The notes beneath the pieces are model-generated. The model ran no database searches, had not been told where the DNA came from, and saw nothing but the letters and a program-made list of their open reading frames with translations. Both the position numbers and the translations under genes were made by a program. Below are positions 49,716-60,618 of a stretch of 64,000 nt of DNA, one piece after another (position 1 is the first letter of the stretch; every line of letters begins with the position of its first letter). Source of the stretch: Thermoleophilaceae bacterium. GTDB lineage: Bacteria; Actinomycetota; Thermoleophilia; Solirubrobacterales; Thermoleophilaceae. The DNA is taken from positions 13,624-77,623 of the forward strand of contig DATABO010000065.1 in NCBI GenBank assembly GCA_036259535.1, read 5' to 3'.

Positions 49716-52016
49716 TCAGGCGGGGGTGACGCGGTAGGCGTCGAAGACGCTGTCGATGTTGCGCAGGCGCTGGATGCAGCTCTTCAGCGCGGCGGTGTCG
49801 CCGACCTCGACGACGAAGCGGTTCTTGATCATCGGGTGGACCGTCGTGCAGCGCGCCTCGAGGATGTTGACGCCGGCCTCGGCGAAGCAGCGCGACAGGT
49901 CCTCGAGCAGGCGGTGGCGGTCGTAGCCGTCGATCTCGATCTCCGCGCGGAACGACGAGCCGGCCGTGTCGCCCTCCCACCAGACCTTCGTGAAGCGCTC
50001 CGGGTTGCGCTGCAGGGCGATCGCGTTCGAGCAGCCCTCGTGGTGGATCGTAATCCCCTTGCCGAGCGAGATGTAGCCGACGATCGGGTCCCCGGGCACG
50101 GGGCGGCAGCACTTCGCGAGGCGCAGCATCACGTCGTCGATGCCGTCGACGACGATGCCGTAGGCCGAGGCGTTGCCGGTCGAGCGGCTGCGCTCCTTCT
50201 TGCGCTCGAGCAGCTGCGCGGCGGCGCCGTCATGGTCGACGGCGGACTCGCCCTGGCGCAGCTTCTGCATGATCTTCTGGGTGGCGACCTTCGCCGAGAC
50301 CTTGGCCTGGCCGAGCGCGACGTAGAAGTCGTCGCCCTTGCGAAAGCCCATCTCGCGGATCACGTCGGCGAGCAGCGGCGAGCCGGCGATCTTCTGTGGT
50401 GGCAGCCCCTGACGGCGCAGGTTCTCCTGCAGGATCTCGCGACCGGTGCGCTCGGAGTCCTCGCGCCGCTCGCGCTTGAACCAGGCCCGAATCTTGGACT
50501 GGGCGCGCGTCGTCTTGGCCAGCGAGAGCCAGTCGCGCGACGGGCCGCGCTCCTTCTTCGAGGTCAGCACCTCGCAGATGTCGCCCGACTGCAGCTCGTA
50601 GTGCAGCGGCACGATCTTGCCGTTGACCTTCGCGCCGACGCAGCGGTGGCCGACGTCGGTGTGGACGGAGTAGGCGAAGTCGAGCGGCGTGGCGCCGGCC
50701 GCGAGCGACTTGACCTCGCCCTTCGGGGTGAAGACGAAGACCTCGTCCTCGAACAGGTCGGCGCGCAGCGTCTCGGCGAACTCCTGCGGGTCCTGCAGCT
50801 CCTTCTGCCAGTCGACGAGCTGCTTGAGCCACTCGACCTTGTCCTCGGGCCGGCGCTTGCCGTCCTTGTAGATCCAGTGCGCGGCGATGCCGTACTCGGC
50901 GGTGTCGTGCATCTCCTGGGTGCGGATCTGGATCTCCAGCGGCCGTCCCTCGGGCCCGATCACCGTCGTGTGCAGCGCCTGGTACATGTTGAACTTCGGC
51001 ATCGCGACGTAGTCCTTGAAGCGGCCGGGCAGCGGCTTCCAGAGCGAGTGGATGACGCCGATCGCGCCGTAGCAGTCCTTGACCGAGCCGACCAGGACGC
51101 GCATCGCGGTCAGGTCGTAGATCTCGTTGAACTCGCGGTCCTTCTTGGTCATCTTCGAGTAGATGGAGTAGAAGTGCTTCGCGCGGCCGGAGATCTGGGC
51201 GTCGATGCCGACTGCCTGGAGCTCCTTGCCGAGGTACTCGCCGGCACGCGTCACGTAGCCCTCGCGCTCGTCGCGCTGCTGGTTGACGAGGCCCTTGATC
51301 TCGGTGAACTTGCGCGGGTGCAGCGTTGCGAACGCGAGATCCTCCAGCTCCCACTTGATCGCGTGGATGCCGAGCCGGTGGGCCAGCGGAGCGAAGATGT
51401 CGAGCGTCTCGCGGGCCTTGTCGTGCTGCTTCTGCTTCGGCATCGCGTCGATCGTGCGCATGTTGTGCAGGCGGTCGGCGAGCTTGATCAGGATGACCCG
51501 GATGTCAGAGGCCATCGCGACCATCATCTTGCGGTAGTTCTCGGCCTGGCGATCGTCGCGGCTCTGGAATGTGATCCCGGTCAGCTTGGTGACGCCGTCG
51601 ACGAGCTGGGCGACCTCGTCGCCGAACTGGGCGCGCACCTCATCGAGCGAGGCGCTGGTGTCCTCGACGGTGTCGTGGAGCAGCGCCGCGCAGAGCGTCG
51701 GTGTGTCGAGCCGCATCCCCGCGCAGATCTTTGCGACGCTGACCGGGTGGACGATGAAGTCGTCGCCCGAGGCGCGCCGCTGGTCAGCGTGCCGCTCGCA
51801 GGCGAACACGAAGGCCTCCTCGACCTTCGCGCGGTCGACCGGCTCGGCGGCCGCGTCGGCGTGCTCCTCGACGACGGCGAACAGATCGCCGAGCAGCACG
51901 CGCTCGTTCGCCGCCAGGCGGTCGACCGGCCCCGCGGGCGCGGGACTCGCCGCCTGGTCGACAGGATCGTGCGCGAACGCCGGGTCGACGACCCCGGTTT
52001 GCCGCTCATTGGCCAT
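49716..52016 (-). CDS. relA: Bifunctional (p)ppGpp synthetase/hydrolase RelA/SpoT
   Basis: 766 aa with an HD domain (LLHDTVEDT), a synthetase domain, and TGS and ACT regions. Confidence 0.97.
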   Translation of the reverse strand: MANERQTGVVDPAFAHDPVDQAASPAPAGPVDRLAANERVLLGDLFAVVEEHADAAAEPVDRAKVEEAFVFACERHADQRRASGDDFIVHPVSVAKICAGMRLDTPTLCAALLHDTVEDTSASLDEVRAQFGDEVAQLVDGVTKLTGITFQSRDDRQAENYRKMMVAMASDIRVILIKLADRLHNMRTIDAMPKQKQHDKARETLDIFAPLAHRLGIHAIKWELEDLAFATLHPRKFTEIKGLVNQQRDEREGYVTRAGEYLGKELQAVGIDAQISGRAKHFYSIYSKMTKKDREFNEIYDLTAMRVLVGSVKDCYGAIGVIHSLWKPLPGRFKDYVAMPKFNMYQALHTTVIGPEGRPLEIQIRTQEMHDTAEYGIAAHWIYKDGKRRPEDKVEWLKQLVDWQKELQDPQEFAETLRADLFEDEVFVFTPKGEVKSLAAGATPLDFAYSVHTDVGHRCVGAKVNGKIVPLHYELQSGDICEVLTSKKERGPSRDWLSLAKTTRAQSKIRAWFKRERREDSERTGREILQENLRRQGLPPQKIAGSPLLADVIREMGFRKGDDFYVALGQAKVSAKVATQKIMQKLRQGESAVDHDGAAAQLLERKKERSRSTGNASAYGIVVDGIDDVMLRLAKCCRPVPGDPIVGYISLGKGITIHHEGCSNAIALQRNPERFTKVWWEGDTAGSSFRAEIEIDGYDRHRLLEDLSRCFAEAGVNILEARCTTVHPMIKNRFVVEVGDTAALKSCIQRLRNIDSVFDAYRVTPA

Positions 52017-52121
52017 CGACTCAGTTTAGACCGGCCGATGGTCGGAGCTGCGGCACTCGCCGTACCTCGCCCAAGCTAGCTGGAGACCGGATCGAGGGGA
52101 TCGGCCCCCCTCCGCCCTCCG

Positions 52122-54596
52122 CTATACAGCGGCCGCTCGCGGGACATCGCGCTCAGCACCTGAGAGGTAGCGCTCGGTGGCGGCCAGGCGGGCGGCATAG
52201 GCGCGGTTGGCATGCGAGTTGCTGAGATCGGTTCGCTCGACATGGCCGCGCAGCAGGCGCGGCCCGGCCGACGAGTCCCACCTGGCGAGGCCGAGCTCGC
52301 CGAGGACGCGGACCAGCCGACCGCAATGGCGAGCGTCGCGCGGATGCTGTCCGCCTCCTCGCAGAGCCACCTCGAGGTCTCGGCCGGCCAGCTCCCCGGC
52401 CGCGTCGAGAGCGCGCCAGAGGTCGACCAGCGCCGGGCGTATCTGGAGACGGTCGCGCCAGCTGGCGAGGGTGAAGGCGCGCTCGGGAGCCCCCCACGCG
52501 AGATGCGTCGTGGCCGACATGCGACCAAGCAACGCGAGGCCGTCGGGGGTTGGCGGGGGATCGAGAGCGATGACGTGCTCGAGCTCTGCCGCCACCCCGG
52601 GCGCGGCGCCGAAGGCCTCCCACGCCAACACGGGCAGCGGCCCGGTCGCCATGCCGGCGACCATCGCCTCTAGCCCCGCGCGCCGCCGAGCGACGTCGGT
52701 GACGAGGATGGCGACGCTCTCGCCGCTGGTCAGCAGGTCCCCGGCGAGGCCAGCCAGGCCCTCGCCGCGCCGGTCGCTCGTTGCGGGACCGCTGAGCCCC
52801 GCGCTGTCCTGGCCAGCCGCGACGGGCCACCAGCTCCCCGGATCTGCGCTGAGCTCCTGCTCGACGGCGCTGGCGAGGCTCGGCTCGGGGGCCAGGTCCT
52901 CGATGACTCCAGGACGCGTCGGGCAGAGGCTGCGGAGCACCACGCGGGCCTCGACCGAGCCGTTCCAGCGGTTGCGCTCGAGCGCCACGGCGACGTCGTG
53001 GTCGGCGGCGCCCGCGTCGGCGAGGTCGCGCTGCGACGTGCGGAACGCGACGCCGCGGGCCCGTGCGGCGCCGCCGGTAAGCGTGAAGCGGGCGTGGTCG
53101 CCCTGCTCGCCCATCGCCGTCACGTGCTCGACGCGGCCCGCAGGGACCATCAGCACAGGCGCTGGATTGCCGGCCCCGAACGGCGCGAGCCGGTCGAGCT
53201 CCTCGGCCAAGCCGAGTGTCAGCGCACCCGCCGGGACGACCGCATGGGCCTCCTGGATGGGCAGCAGGTCACCGGGAGCGAGCGCCTCCCCCGCATGCCT
53301 TGCGAGCGCCGCGCGGAAGGCATCGACGCTGTCCGCCGCGATCTCCAAGCCGGCGGCCATCCGGTGGCCGCCGTGGCGCAGCAGGTGCTCGCTCGCGGCG
53401 CCGAGGCCGGCGTGCAGGTCGTAGGGGTCGATGCTGCGACCCGAGCCACGCCCACGCTCGCCGTCGAGCGCGATCGCCACGCACGGCCGCCGGTGCCGCT
53501 CGACCAACCGCGAGGCGACGATGCCGACTACGCCCGGATGCCAGCCCTCTCCCGCGACCACGATCGCGGCGGCGGCGAGCTGGGGCAGGCAGAGTCGCTC
53601 GGCCTCGCCGAGGATCCGCTGCTCGGCCTCCCGGCGGTCGTGGTTGAGGCCGTCGAGCTCGCGCGCGATCTCGTCGCCGCGCTCGCGATCCTCGGTCAGC
53701 AGCAGCTCGAGTGCCGCGTCGGCGCGCTTCAGCCGGCCGGCGGCGTTGATCCGCGGGCCCAGCCGGAAGCCGGCCGCACGCTCGTCGAGATCGGCCGGGT
53801 CGAGCTGTGCCACGGCCATCAGAGCGCGCAGGCCCTGCTTGCGCGTCCGGGCCAGCTCGGCGAGGCCCGCGCGTGCGATGCGCCGGTTCTCGCCGACCAG
53901 CGGAACCATGTCGCAGAGCGTCGCGAGGCCCGCGAGGTCGAGGTCCCGGTCGGCACCGGCCGGGTCGAGCCCGGCGGCGCGTCGCAGCGCCTCTGACAGC
54001 TTGAGCGCCACGGCGGCACCGCAGAGGTGCTCGAACGGATAGCCGCCGAGCGCCGGGTGGACGACCGGACAACCGGGCAGCGTCGCGCCCGGCCGATGGT
54101 GATCGGTGACGACGACCTCGACGCCCAGCTCCTGCGCCAGCTCGACCTCGGCCACCGCCGTCACGCCGCAGTCGACCGTGACGATCAGCCCCGCGCCCTG
54201 GCCGACCAGCTCGCGGACGACCTCCGCCGACAGGCCGTAGCCCTCGTCGCGGCTCGGCAGTCGCCATGCGGGATCGGCGCCGATCGCGCGCAACGCCCGG
54301 AGCACGATCGCCGTCGAGCAGACCCCGTCGACGTCGTAGTCGCCGAACACGACCACGCGCGAGCCCGTCTCGACGTGACGCCGGATCGCCGCGCACGCCT
54401 CCCCCATCCCGGCCAGCAGCTCCGGCGCATGTCGCTCGTCGGCAGCCAGGAACCGCCGCGCCGCCTCCGCGTCGCCCAGCCCCCGCCGGCTCAAGATGGC
54501 TGCGGCGTGCGGCGACAGGCCGAGCTCGGCCGCGAGCGCGACGCTCTCCCCCGCCTTGTACGGCGCGCAGGCCCAGCCGGATACCTCGGGAAGCAC
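52122..54596 (-). CDS. recJ: Single-stranded-DNA-specific exonuclease RecJ with a roughly 250-aa C-terminal extension
   Basis: DHH motifs VVFGDYDVDGV, TVDCG and VTDHH. 824 aa. GTG start. Confidence 0.9.
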   Translation of the reverse strand: MLPEVSGWACAPYKAGESVALAAELGLSPHAAAILSRRGLGDAEAARRFLAADERHAPELLAGMGEACAAIRRHVETGSRVVVFGDYDVDGVCSTAIVLRALRAIGADPAWRLPSRDEGYGLSAEVVRELVGQGAGLIVTVDCGVTAVAEVELAQELGVEVVVTDHHRPGATLPGCPVVHPALGGYPFEHLCGAAVALKLSEALRRAAGLDPAGADRDLDLAGLATLCDMVPLVGENRRIARAGLAELARTRKQGLRALMAVAQLDPADLDERAAGFRLGPRINAAGRLKRADAALELLLTEDRERGDEIARELDGLNHDRREAEQRILGEAERLCLPQLAAAAIVVAGEGWHPGVVGIVASRLVERHRRPCVAIALDGERGRGSGRSIDPYDLHAGLGAASEHLLRHGGHRMAAGLEIAADSVDAFRAALARHAGEALAPGDLLPIQEAHAVVPAGALTLGLAEELDRLAPFGAGNPAPVLMVPAGRVEHVTAMGEQGDHARFTLTGGAARARGVAFRTSQRDLADAGAADHDVAVALERNRWNGSVEARVVLRSLCPTRPGVIEDLAPEPSLASAVEQELSADPGSWWPVAAGQDSAGLSGPATSDRRGEGLAGLAGDLLTSGESVAILVTDVARRRAGLEAMVAGMATGPLPVLAWEAFGAAPGVAAELEHVIALDPPPTPDGLALLGRMSATTHLAWGAPERAFTLASWRDRLQIRPALVDLWRALDAAGELAGRDLEVALRGGGQHPRDARHCGRLVRVLGELGLARWDSSAGPRLLRGHVERTDLSNSHANRAYAARLAATERYLSGAERDVPRAAAV

Positions 54597-54627
54597 AGCC
54601 GCATCTTCGCGGCCGTGCCGGACGGCC

Positions 54628-54906
54628 CTACAGGACCTCTGGCCGGTGCTCTCCCTCGGTCTTCGAGCCGTACCACCAGGAGATCGCCAGCGCGATCAGC
54701 GTGCCTGGGATCGCGATGAACGCCGACAGGAGATCGGTGTCGTTCTGACCGGGGACCGTGAAGCCCGAGACGACGAAGCCGAAGATCGCCGAGCCGAGGA
54801 TCGCCGCGCCGAACGCGCCGACGATGCCGCCGTAGAAGCGGTCGGGCACGAAGATCGCGAAGTGCCAGAGCGCGATGCCCATCATCACCCACACGACCAT
54901 GCTCAT
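54628..54906 (-). CDS. GlsB/YeaQ/YmgE-family (transglycosylase-associated) membrane protein
   Basis: 92 aa with three hydrophobic segments. GGIVGAFGAAILGSAIFG is typical of the family. Confidence 0.85.
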   Translation of the reverse strand: MSMVVWVMMGIALWHFAIFVPDRFYGGIVGAFGAAILGSAIFGFVVSGFTVPGQNDTDLLSAFIAIPGTLIALAISWWYGSKTEGEHRPEVL

Positions 54907-54908
54907 CC

Positions 54909-57900
54909 TCAGTGCCTCCCGTGCTTCTTGCGGGCTCGGTTGCGGGCGCGCTGCGCCTTGCGCTCGGCGGAGCGGACGTCGGCCTCGCTCGTCGCCCCGT
55001 TGCCGTCGCCATCGCCGTCGCCGCGCGACGTCGACTCGACCGGCGGCACAGGTGGCGGCGCGGTCGCCGCGGGCGCACCGCCGGTGGCCGCCGCCGGCGT
55101 CGCTGCCGGCACGGGTGCGCGCCGCTGCGGCTTCCGCCGCGCGGGAGCGGTAGCCGCACCGTCGTCGCCGCCGATCACCCCTGAGGGGAACGGCGGAACG
55201 ACCCCGTCGTTCTCCTCGAGGATGATCCTTCGCCGGCGCACGTAGACGGGCTCGCGCTCCTTCCAGAGCGTCAGCACGGGCGCGGCGATGAAGATCGACG
55301 AGTAGGCGCCGGAGGCGACGCCGACCAGCAGCGCGAAGGCGAAGTCCTGCAGCGTCTCACCGCCGAAGAACATCAGCGCGCCGACCGGCATCAACGTAGA
55401 GAAGCTGGTCGCGAGCGAACGCGTCAGCACCTCGGACATCGACCGGTTGACGATCTGGGAGAAGGTCGCGCGCGGCATCCGCGGCACGTTCTCGCGGATG
55501 CGGTCGAACACGATGATCGTGTCGTAGAGCGAGTAGCCCAAGATCGTCAGCAACGCCGCGACGGTCGACGTGGTCACCTCCCGGCCGAGCAGGGCGTAGA
55601 CGCCGCCGGTGATCAGGATGTCGTGCGCGATCGCGATCAGGACCGGGATGACGAACTTCGCCTCGAAGCGCAGCGCCATGTAGATCGAGATCAGCAGCAG
55701 CGAGGCGATCACGGCGATCAGGGCGGTCCGCGCAACCTGGGCGCCGAAGGTCGGTCCGATCGAGTTGACCGAGAAGTCCGCCCGCTCGACCCCGAACTCG
55801 CCGTCGAGGGTCTCGCGCACCTCGCTGACCTCGGGGCCGCTGAGCGTCTCGGTGGAGATCTGGAAGACGTGCGCTCCCAGCTCGGGCTCGTCGACCTCCT
55901 GGATCTCGGCGTCCTCGTGGCCGATCGGCGCGAGCGCGTCGCGGATGTCCTCGACGCTGGCCTCCTGCGCGACCGGCGTCTTCATCCGGGTGCCGGACTC
56001 GAAGTCGATGCCGAACTTCAAGCCGATGCCCGCGATCGCGAGCGCCCCGACCACGAGGATCAGGCCGGAGCCGGAGAAGAACCACTTCGACTTGCCGACG
56101 AAGTCCCAACGCCAGCGCGGCCCCTCGCGGTCGTCCTTGCCGACGCCGAGCGCGAAGCGCGAGCCGATCAGCTTGGTCCGGCTCATCGCGCCGAGGATCG
56201 CCGAGGTCGCGAGCACGGCCGTGAACAGCGAGACGATCGTGCCGACGCCCATCGTGAAGGCGAAGCCCTTGACGCCGGACGTCGCGAGCGTGAAGAGGAT
56301 GAAGGCGACGCCGATCGTGACGACGTTCGCGTCGATGATCGTGCGCAGCGCCTTCTGGTAGCCGTTCGAGATCGCCGCGGGTATCGACGAGCCCGCGCGC
56401 GCCTCCTCCTTGATGCGCTCGAAGATGACGATGTTCGCGTCGGCCGCGACGGCGAGCGTCAGGATCATGCCGGCGATGCCCGGCAGGGTCAGCGTGATCG
56501 GGATCAGCTTGACCAGGGCGAAGAGGAATACGGCGTAGATGATCAGCGTGACCGCCGCGACCACGCCGAGCACGCGGTAGAAGGTGATCAGGAAGATCAG
56601 CGTCAGGAGAAGGCCGACTCCTCCGGCGAGCAGGCCCTGGTCGAGCGCCTGCTGGCCGAGCGTCGCCGATACCTGAGTCTGGGAGACGAGCTTCAGCTCG
56701 ATCGGCAGCGCGCCGATGCGCAGGCTCTCGGCGAGGTCCTGGGTCTCCTGCAGGCTGCCGATCCCGTTGATCTGAGCGCCGGTGCGGCCGTCGATCCCCT
56801 CGGGGTTCTCGCGGTAGTCGATCGTCGCCAGCGAGACGATCTCGTCGTCGAGCGTGATCGCGAAGCGCTGCAGCGTCTGCTCGCGGTCGGTCCCGGGCGG
56901 GACGATGATCTCCGAGCCGCGCTGGGCGATTCGCTTGGTGACGGCGGCGAACGCCTCACGGCCGTCGTCGCTGAACTCCATCGTCACGATCGGCTCGTTG
57001 GTGCGCTGATCGGTGTTCTGCTCGGGGTTCTTGATGTCGGCGCCCGAGAGCTCCGAGTCGTCCTCGATGACGAAGTAGTTCTGGACGTCCTCGGGCTGGT
57101 TGGGCGCGCGCGTCGCCTCGATCACGACGACGCCGCGCGGCACCTCGAGGACCTCCGAGCCGGCTGGGAAGCCGCTCTTCGGCGTCGCCGTCGACTCCTC
57201 GGCGCCACCCTCGTGGTTGCCGACCGGGATCGCCGCGAGCTGCTCGCGGCACTCGCTGCCCTTCGGGATCTGACCGGGCCGCCGCTCGGGACCGCGCTCG
57301 ACGCCCTCGTAGTCGGAGAGCAGCTCCTTGCAGTTGGAGTCCGGCCCCGCGATCAGGTCCTTGTCCGGGCCGAAGAGGTAGTAGCGGCCGCTGTGACTGT
57401 CGTTGCGCTCGTCGTAGTAGCGCTGGATCTCCTTGCGGTCGCCCTCGAAGCGCCGCTCCACCTCGTCCTCCACCCCGTCGGGCGGGATGTCGGTCGGCTC
57501 GGAGCGCGGTTTCTGCTCGGCGGCGACCTCGACCGCGTCGTAGAGTGACGTGCGGCCGGCGTAAGGGGCGTCGGGGCCCTGATCGCCGAGTATGTTCGGC
57601 TCCCAATCGTAGAACTGGAGCTGGGCGGTCGTCCCAACCTGCTCTATCGCCCGGTCGGCGTTGTCGACGTCCGGCAGCCCGATCGAGATCTGGTTCTCGC
57701 CGGCGCGCTGGATCTCGGGCTCGGAGACGCCGAGCGCGTCGGTCCGCTTGCGGATCGTCTCGATCGCGTCGTCGATCGCCTGCGCCGTGACCTCCGGTAC
57801 CTGCGGCGTCGGGCGCCCCTCGTAGACCAGCTCGACGCCGCCACGCAAGTCGAGCCCGAGCACCGTCTCCTTGCTCGTGATCACGTAGCCCGACAGCGCC

Positions 57901-57953
57901 AGCAGGACCAGCACCAAGCCGATGATCGAGAGGTTGCGCTTGCGGGAAGTCAT
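54909..57953 (-). CDS. secDF: Fused protein-export membrane protein SecDF with a Pro/Ala-rich basic tail
   Basis: 1014 aa. SecD-type N-terminus (LGLDLRGGVELVY) with 6 TMs, then a SecF half with 6 TMs. Confidence 0.95.
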   Translation of the reverse strand: MTSRKRNLSIIGLVLVLLALSGYVITSKETVLGLDLRGGVELVYEGRPTPQVPEVTAQAIDDAIETIRKRTDALGVSEPEIQRAGENQISIGLPDVDNADRAIEQVGTTAQLQFYDWEPNILGDQGPDAPYAGRTSLYDAVEVAAEQKPRSEPTDIPPDGVEDEVERRFEGDRKEIQRYYDERNDSHSGRYYLFGPDKDLIAGPDSNCKELLSDYEGVERGPERRPGQIPKGSECREQLAAIPVGNHEGGAEESTATPKSGFPAGSEVLEVPRGVVVIEATRAPNQPEDVQNYFVIEDDSELSGADIKNPEQNTDQRTNEPIVTMEFSDDGREAFAAVTKRIAQRGSEIIVPPGTDREQTLQRFAITLDDEIVSLATIDYRENPEGIDGRTGAQINGIGSLQETQDLAESLRIGALPIELKLVSQTQVSATLGQQALDQGLLAGGVGLLLTLIFLITFYRVLGVVAAVTLIIYAVFLFALVKLIPITLTLPGIAGMILTLAVAADANIVIFERIKEEARAGSSIPAAISNGYQKALRTIIDANVVTIGVAFILFTLATSGVKGFAFTMGVGTIVSLFTAVLATSAILGAMSRTKLIGSRFALGVGKDDREGPRWRWDFVGKSKWFFSGSGLILVVGALAIAGIGLKFGIDFESGTRMKTPVAQEASVEDIRDALAPIGHEDAEIQEVDEPELGAHVFQISTETLSGPEVSEVRETLDGEFGVERADFSVNSIGPTFGAQVARTALIAVIASLLLISIYMALRFEAKFVIPVLIAIAHDILITGGVYALLGREVTTSTVAALLTILGYSLYDTIIVFDRIRENVPRMPRATFSQIVNRSMSEVLTRSLATSFSTLMPVGALMFFGGETLQDFAFALLVGVASGAYSSIFIAAPVLTLWKEREPVYVRRRRIILEENDGVVPPFPSGVIGGDDGAATAPARRKPQRRAPVPAATPAAATGGAPAATAPPPVPPVESTSRGDGDGDGNGATSEADVRSAERKAQRARNRARKKHGRH

Positions 57954-57954
57954 G

Positions 57955-58419
57955 TCAGTTCTCGTTGCCGCCGGGCTGGCGCGGCGTCAGCACCAGGAGC
58001 AGCCCACCGTCGTCGTCATAGGCGGGGAAGATGTCGGCCACGGCGGTCTCTGGCCGGTCTCCCTCCGCATTGACCACAACCGGCTTTCCGAGAACCCTAA
58101 CGCCCCACTCAAGTGCCGTGGCGAGGTGGTCGCTGCCGTTTTCGAACTGGAGGCCGAGAACCTCGTGCGCCGGCCGGCCGATCACGTCGAGGTCGCCGAG
58201 CCCGGTCAGCTCACGCGCGCCGCGCCCGGCGCCGATCAGACGTCCCTCGCGGTCGCAGAGGAAGAAGGCCGCGGTGGGCGCCGGGTAGTAGTCGTCGAGC
58301 AGCTCGAAGAGGAAGCCGAAGCCGCACTCCTTGCAGCCGCGCGCCCGGCTCTGGAAGCCGGCGGTGCGCTCGGTCGAGACGCTGCGGTTGCCGCAGTTCG
58401 GGCAGATGAAGTTCGGCAC
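57955..58419 (-). CDS. Zinc-ribbon + PAS-like small protein (154 aa)
   Basis: MPNFICPNCGNRS...CKECGFGF (CxxC..CxxC) followed by a PAS-like core (CDREGRLIGAGRGARELTGLGDLDVIGRPAHEVL). Its stop lies 1 nt before the secDF start. Confidence 0.65.
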   Translation of the reverse strand: MPNFICPNCGNRSVSTERTAGFQSRARGCKECGFGFLFELLDDYYPAPTAAFFLCDREGRLIGAGRGARELTGLGDLDVIGRPAHEVLGLQFENGSDHLATALEWGVRVLGKPVVVNAEGDRPETAVADIFPAYDDDGGLLLVLTPRQPGGNEN

Positions 58420-58442
58420 GGGAGGCGGAGATTAGCGGCGCC

Positions 58443-59483
58443 TCAGAAGAGGCGAGCCCCTTCGCTCGGCGGCTCGAGCCCGAGGTGGGAGAAGGCCGCC
58501 GGCGTCGCCACGCGGCCGCGCGGCGTGCGCATGATCAGGCCCTGCTGGAGCAGGTAGGGCTCGTAGACGTCCTCGATCGTGTCCTGCTCCTCGCTGACCG
58601 CTACGGCGAGCGTCGACAGGCCGACGGGCCCGCCGCCGAACTTCGAGCAGATCGCGGCCAGGATCTCCCGGTCGAGGCGGTCGAGCCCGGCGCGGTCGAC
58701 GTCGAGCAGCTCGAGCGCCTCGGTCGCGACGGCCGCGTCGATCGTCCCCGCCCCGCGCACCTCGGCGTAGTCGCGCACGCGCTTGAGCAGGCGGTTGGCC
58801 ACCCGCGGCGTCCCGCGGGAGCGGCTGGCGATCGCCTCCGCGCCGGCGCTGTCGATCTCGACGCCCAGGATCCCCGCCGAGCGGCGAACGATCAGGCCGG
58901 GGTCGACCGGGTCGTAGAGCTCGAGCCGCGGCGCGACGCCGAAGCGATCGCGCAGCGGCGTGGTCAGCAGCCCGGCACGCGTCGTCGCGCCGATCAGCGT
59001 GAACGGCGGCAGGTCGAGGTTGACCACGCGGGCGCCGGCCCCTTGGCCGACGGTGATCGGCAGGCGGCGATCCTCCATCGCGGGGTAGAAGGTCTCCTCG
59101 AGCGCGCGCGGCAGCCGGTGGATCTCGTCGACGAAGAAGACCGAGCGCGGCTCGAGCGACGACAGGTAGGAGGCGACATCGCCCTTGCGCTCCAGCGCCG
59201 GCGCCGCGGTCGCGACGAGCCCGACTCCGAGCTCGTTCGCGACGATCTGGGCCAGCGAGGTCTTGCCGAGGCCGGGCGGCCCGGCGAGCAGCACGTGGTC
59301 GAGTGCCTCGCCGCGGGCGCGCGCGGCCTCGATGAAGACGCCGAGCTGGGCCTTGACCTGCTCCTGGCCGACGAAGTCGGCGAGCAGCTTCGGTCGCAGC
59401 GAGCGATCGAGCTCCTCCTCCGCCCCACCCTCGGCCTCCGGCGCCTGCAGCCGCTCCACGTTGGGGGTCCGGATCCCCTTCAC
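58443..59483 (-). CDS. ruvB: Holliday junction branch-migration helicase RuvB
   Basis: 346 aa. Walker A is GPPGLGKTS. Confidence 0.97.
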   Translation of the reverse strand: MKGIRTPNVERLQAPEAEGGAEEELDRSLRPKLLADFVGQEQVKAQLGVFIEAARARGEALDHVLLAGPPGLGKTSLAQIVANELGVGLVATAAPALERKGDVASYLSSLEPRSVFFVDEIHRLPRALEETFYPAMEDRRLPITVGQGAGARVVNLDLPPFTLIGATTRAGLLTTPLRDRFGVAPRLELYDPVDPGLIVRRSAGILGVEIDSAGAEAIASRSRGTPRVANRLLKRVRDYAEVRGAGTIDAAVATEALELLDVDRAGLDRLDREILAAICSKFGGGPVGLSTLAVAVSEEQDTIEDVYEPYLLQQGLIMRTPRGRVATPAAFSHLGLEPPSEGARLF

Positions 59484-60055
59484 CGGGCCGCCTTCAGCGC
59501 CTCGGAGATCAGCTCCTCCGGCGTGTCGCCGTCGGCCTCGGCGAGCAGCGCCTCCGCCTCCGGCAGCGCGTAGCCTAGTCCGACCAGTGCCTCGCGGGCG
59601 AGTCCACGCGGGTCGTCCGGCGCACGGCTGACGACGATCTCGTCGGCGACCGCGCCGGCGACCTTCTCGCGCAGCTCGACGATGATCCGCTCGGCCGTCC
59701 GCTTGCCGATCCCCGGCACGGCCTGGAAGCGAGCTGCGTCCCCGTTGGCGATCGCGCCCAGCAGCTCGCGCGACTGGCCGCCGGAGAGGACCGCCTGGGC
59801 GACCTTCGGCCCGACTCCCTGGACGCCGATCAGCATCAGAAAGAGATCGCGCTCGACCTCGGTGGAGAACCCGAAGAGGTGGATTCCGTCGTCGCGCAGG
59901 ACGAGATGAGCGTGCAGCAGCACTTCGCGCCCGGCACCCGGGACGTCCTCGAGCGTCACCGCCGACACCGCCAGGCGGTAGCCCACCCCGGCGGACTCGA
60001 CGACGACCTCGCCGGGCCGGCGGACCAGCACCTCGCCTCTAACTGAAGAGATCAC
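59480..60055 (-). CDS. ruvA: Holliday junction DNA helicase RuvA
   Basis: 191 aa. [10 protein letters not shown]... with HhH motifs ([21 protein letters not shown]). Confidence 0.95.
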   Translation of the reverse strand: MISSVRGEVLVRRPGEVVVESAGVGYRLAVSAVTLEDVPGAGREVLLHAHLVLRDDGIHLFGFSTEVERDLFLMLIGVQGVGPKVAQAVLSGGQSRELLGAIANGDAARFQAVPGIGKRTAERIIVELREKVAGAVADEIVVSRAPDDPRGLAREALVGLGYALPEAEALLAEADGDTPEELISEALKAAR

Positions 60056-60575
60056 GACTCGTGATTCTGCGCTCGGCGCCGGACGCCGCCAGGCCGGCCC
60101 GCAGGCTCGCTCCGTTGGCGTGGCAGATGGCTACCGCGAGCGCGTCGGCGGCGTGGTCGGGCTTCGGCGCCTCGGGGAGCTCGAGCAGCGCGCCGACCAT
60201 CCGCTGGACCTGGTCCTTGGCGGCCGCGCCCGAGCCGCAGACCGCCTGCTTGATCTGCTGCGGCGTGTAGGAGAAGCACGGCAGCCCGGCCTGGCCGGCC
60301 GCCAGCAGCACCGCGCCGCGCGCCTGGCCGACCGCCAGCGCGGTGCGCACGTTCTGGCCGAAGTAGAGCTGCTCGATCGCGACGGCCTCTGGCTCGTGCT
60401 CGGCGATCAGGTCGAGGACGCGCTCGTGAATCCGCACCAGCCGCTGCTCGAGCGGGCTGCCCGCGGCCGTCTCGATCGTGCCGCCGTCCAGCGCTCCGAG
60501 CTTCGGCCCGCGCGCGACCACCACGCCGAAGCCGGTGTTCGCGGTGCCGGGATCGATGCCGAGGACGACCACCAC
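60039..60575 (-). CDS. ruvC: Crossover junction endodeoxyribonuclease RuvC
   Basis: 178 aa. LGIDPGTANTGFGVV is the N-terminal catalytic motif. Confidence 0.95.
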   Translation of the reverse strand: MVVVLGIDPGTANTGFGVVVARGPKLGALDGGTIETAAGSPLEQRLVRIHERVLDLIAEHEPEAVAIEQLYFGQNVRTALAVGQARGAVLLAAGQAGLPCFSYTPQQIKQAVCGSGAAAKDQVQRMVGALLELPEAPKPDHAADALAVAICHANGASLRAGLAASGAERRITSRDLFS

Positions 60576-60618
60576 CCGCCTGATTCTGCGTCCGCGCGCG
60601 GACGCCTGCCCGGCGCCG

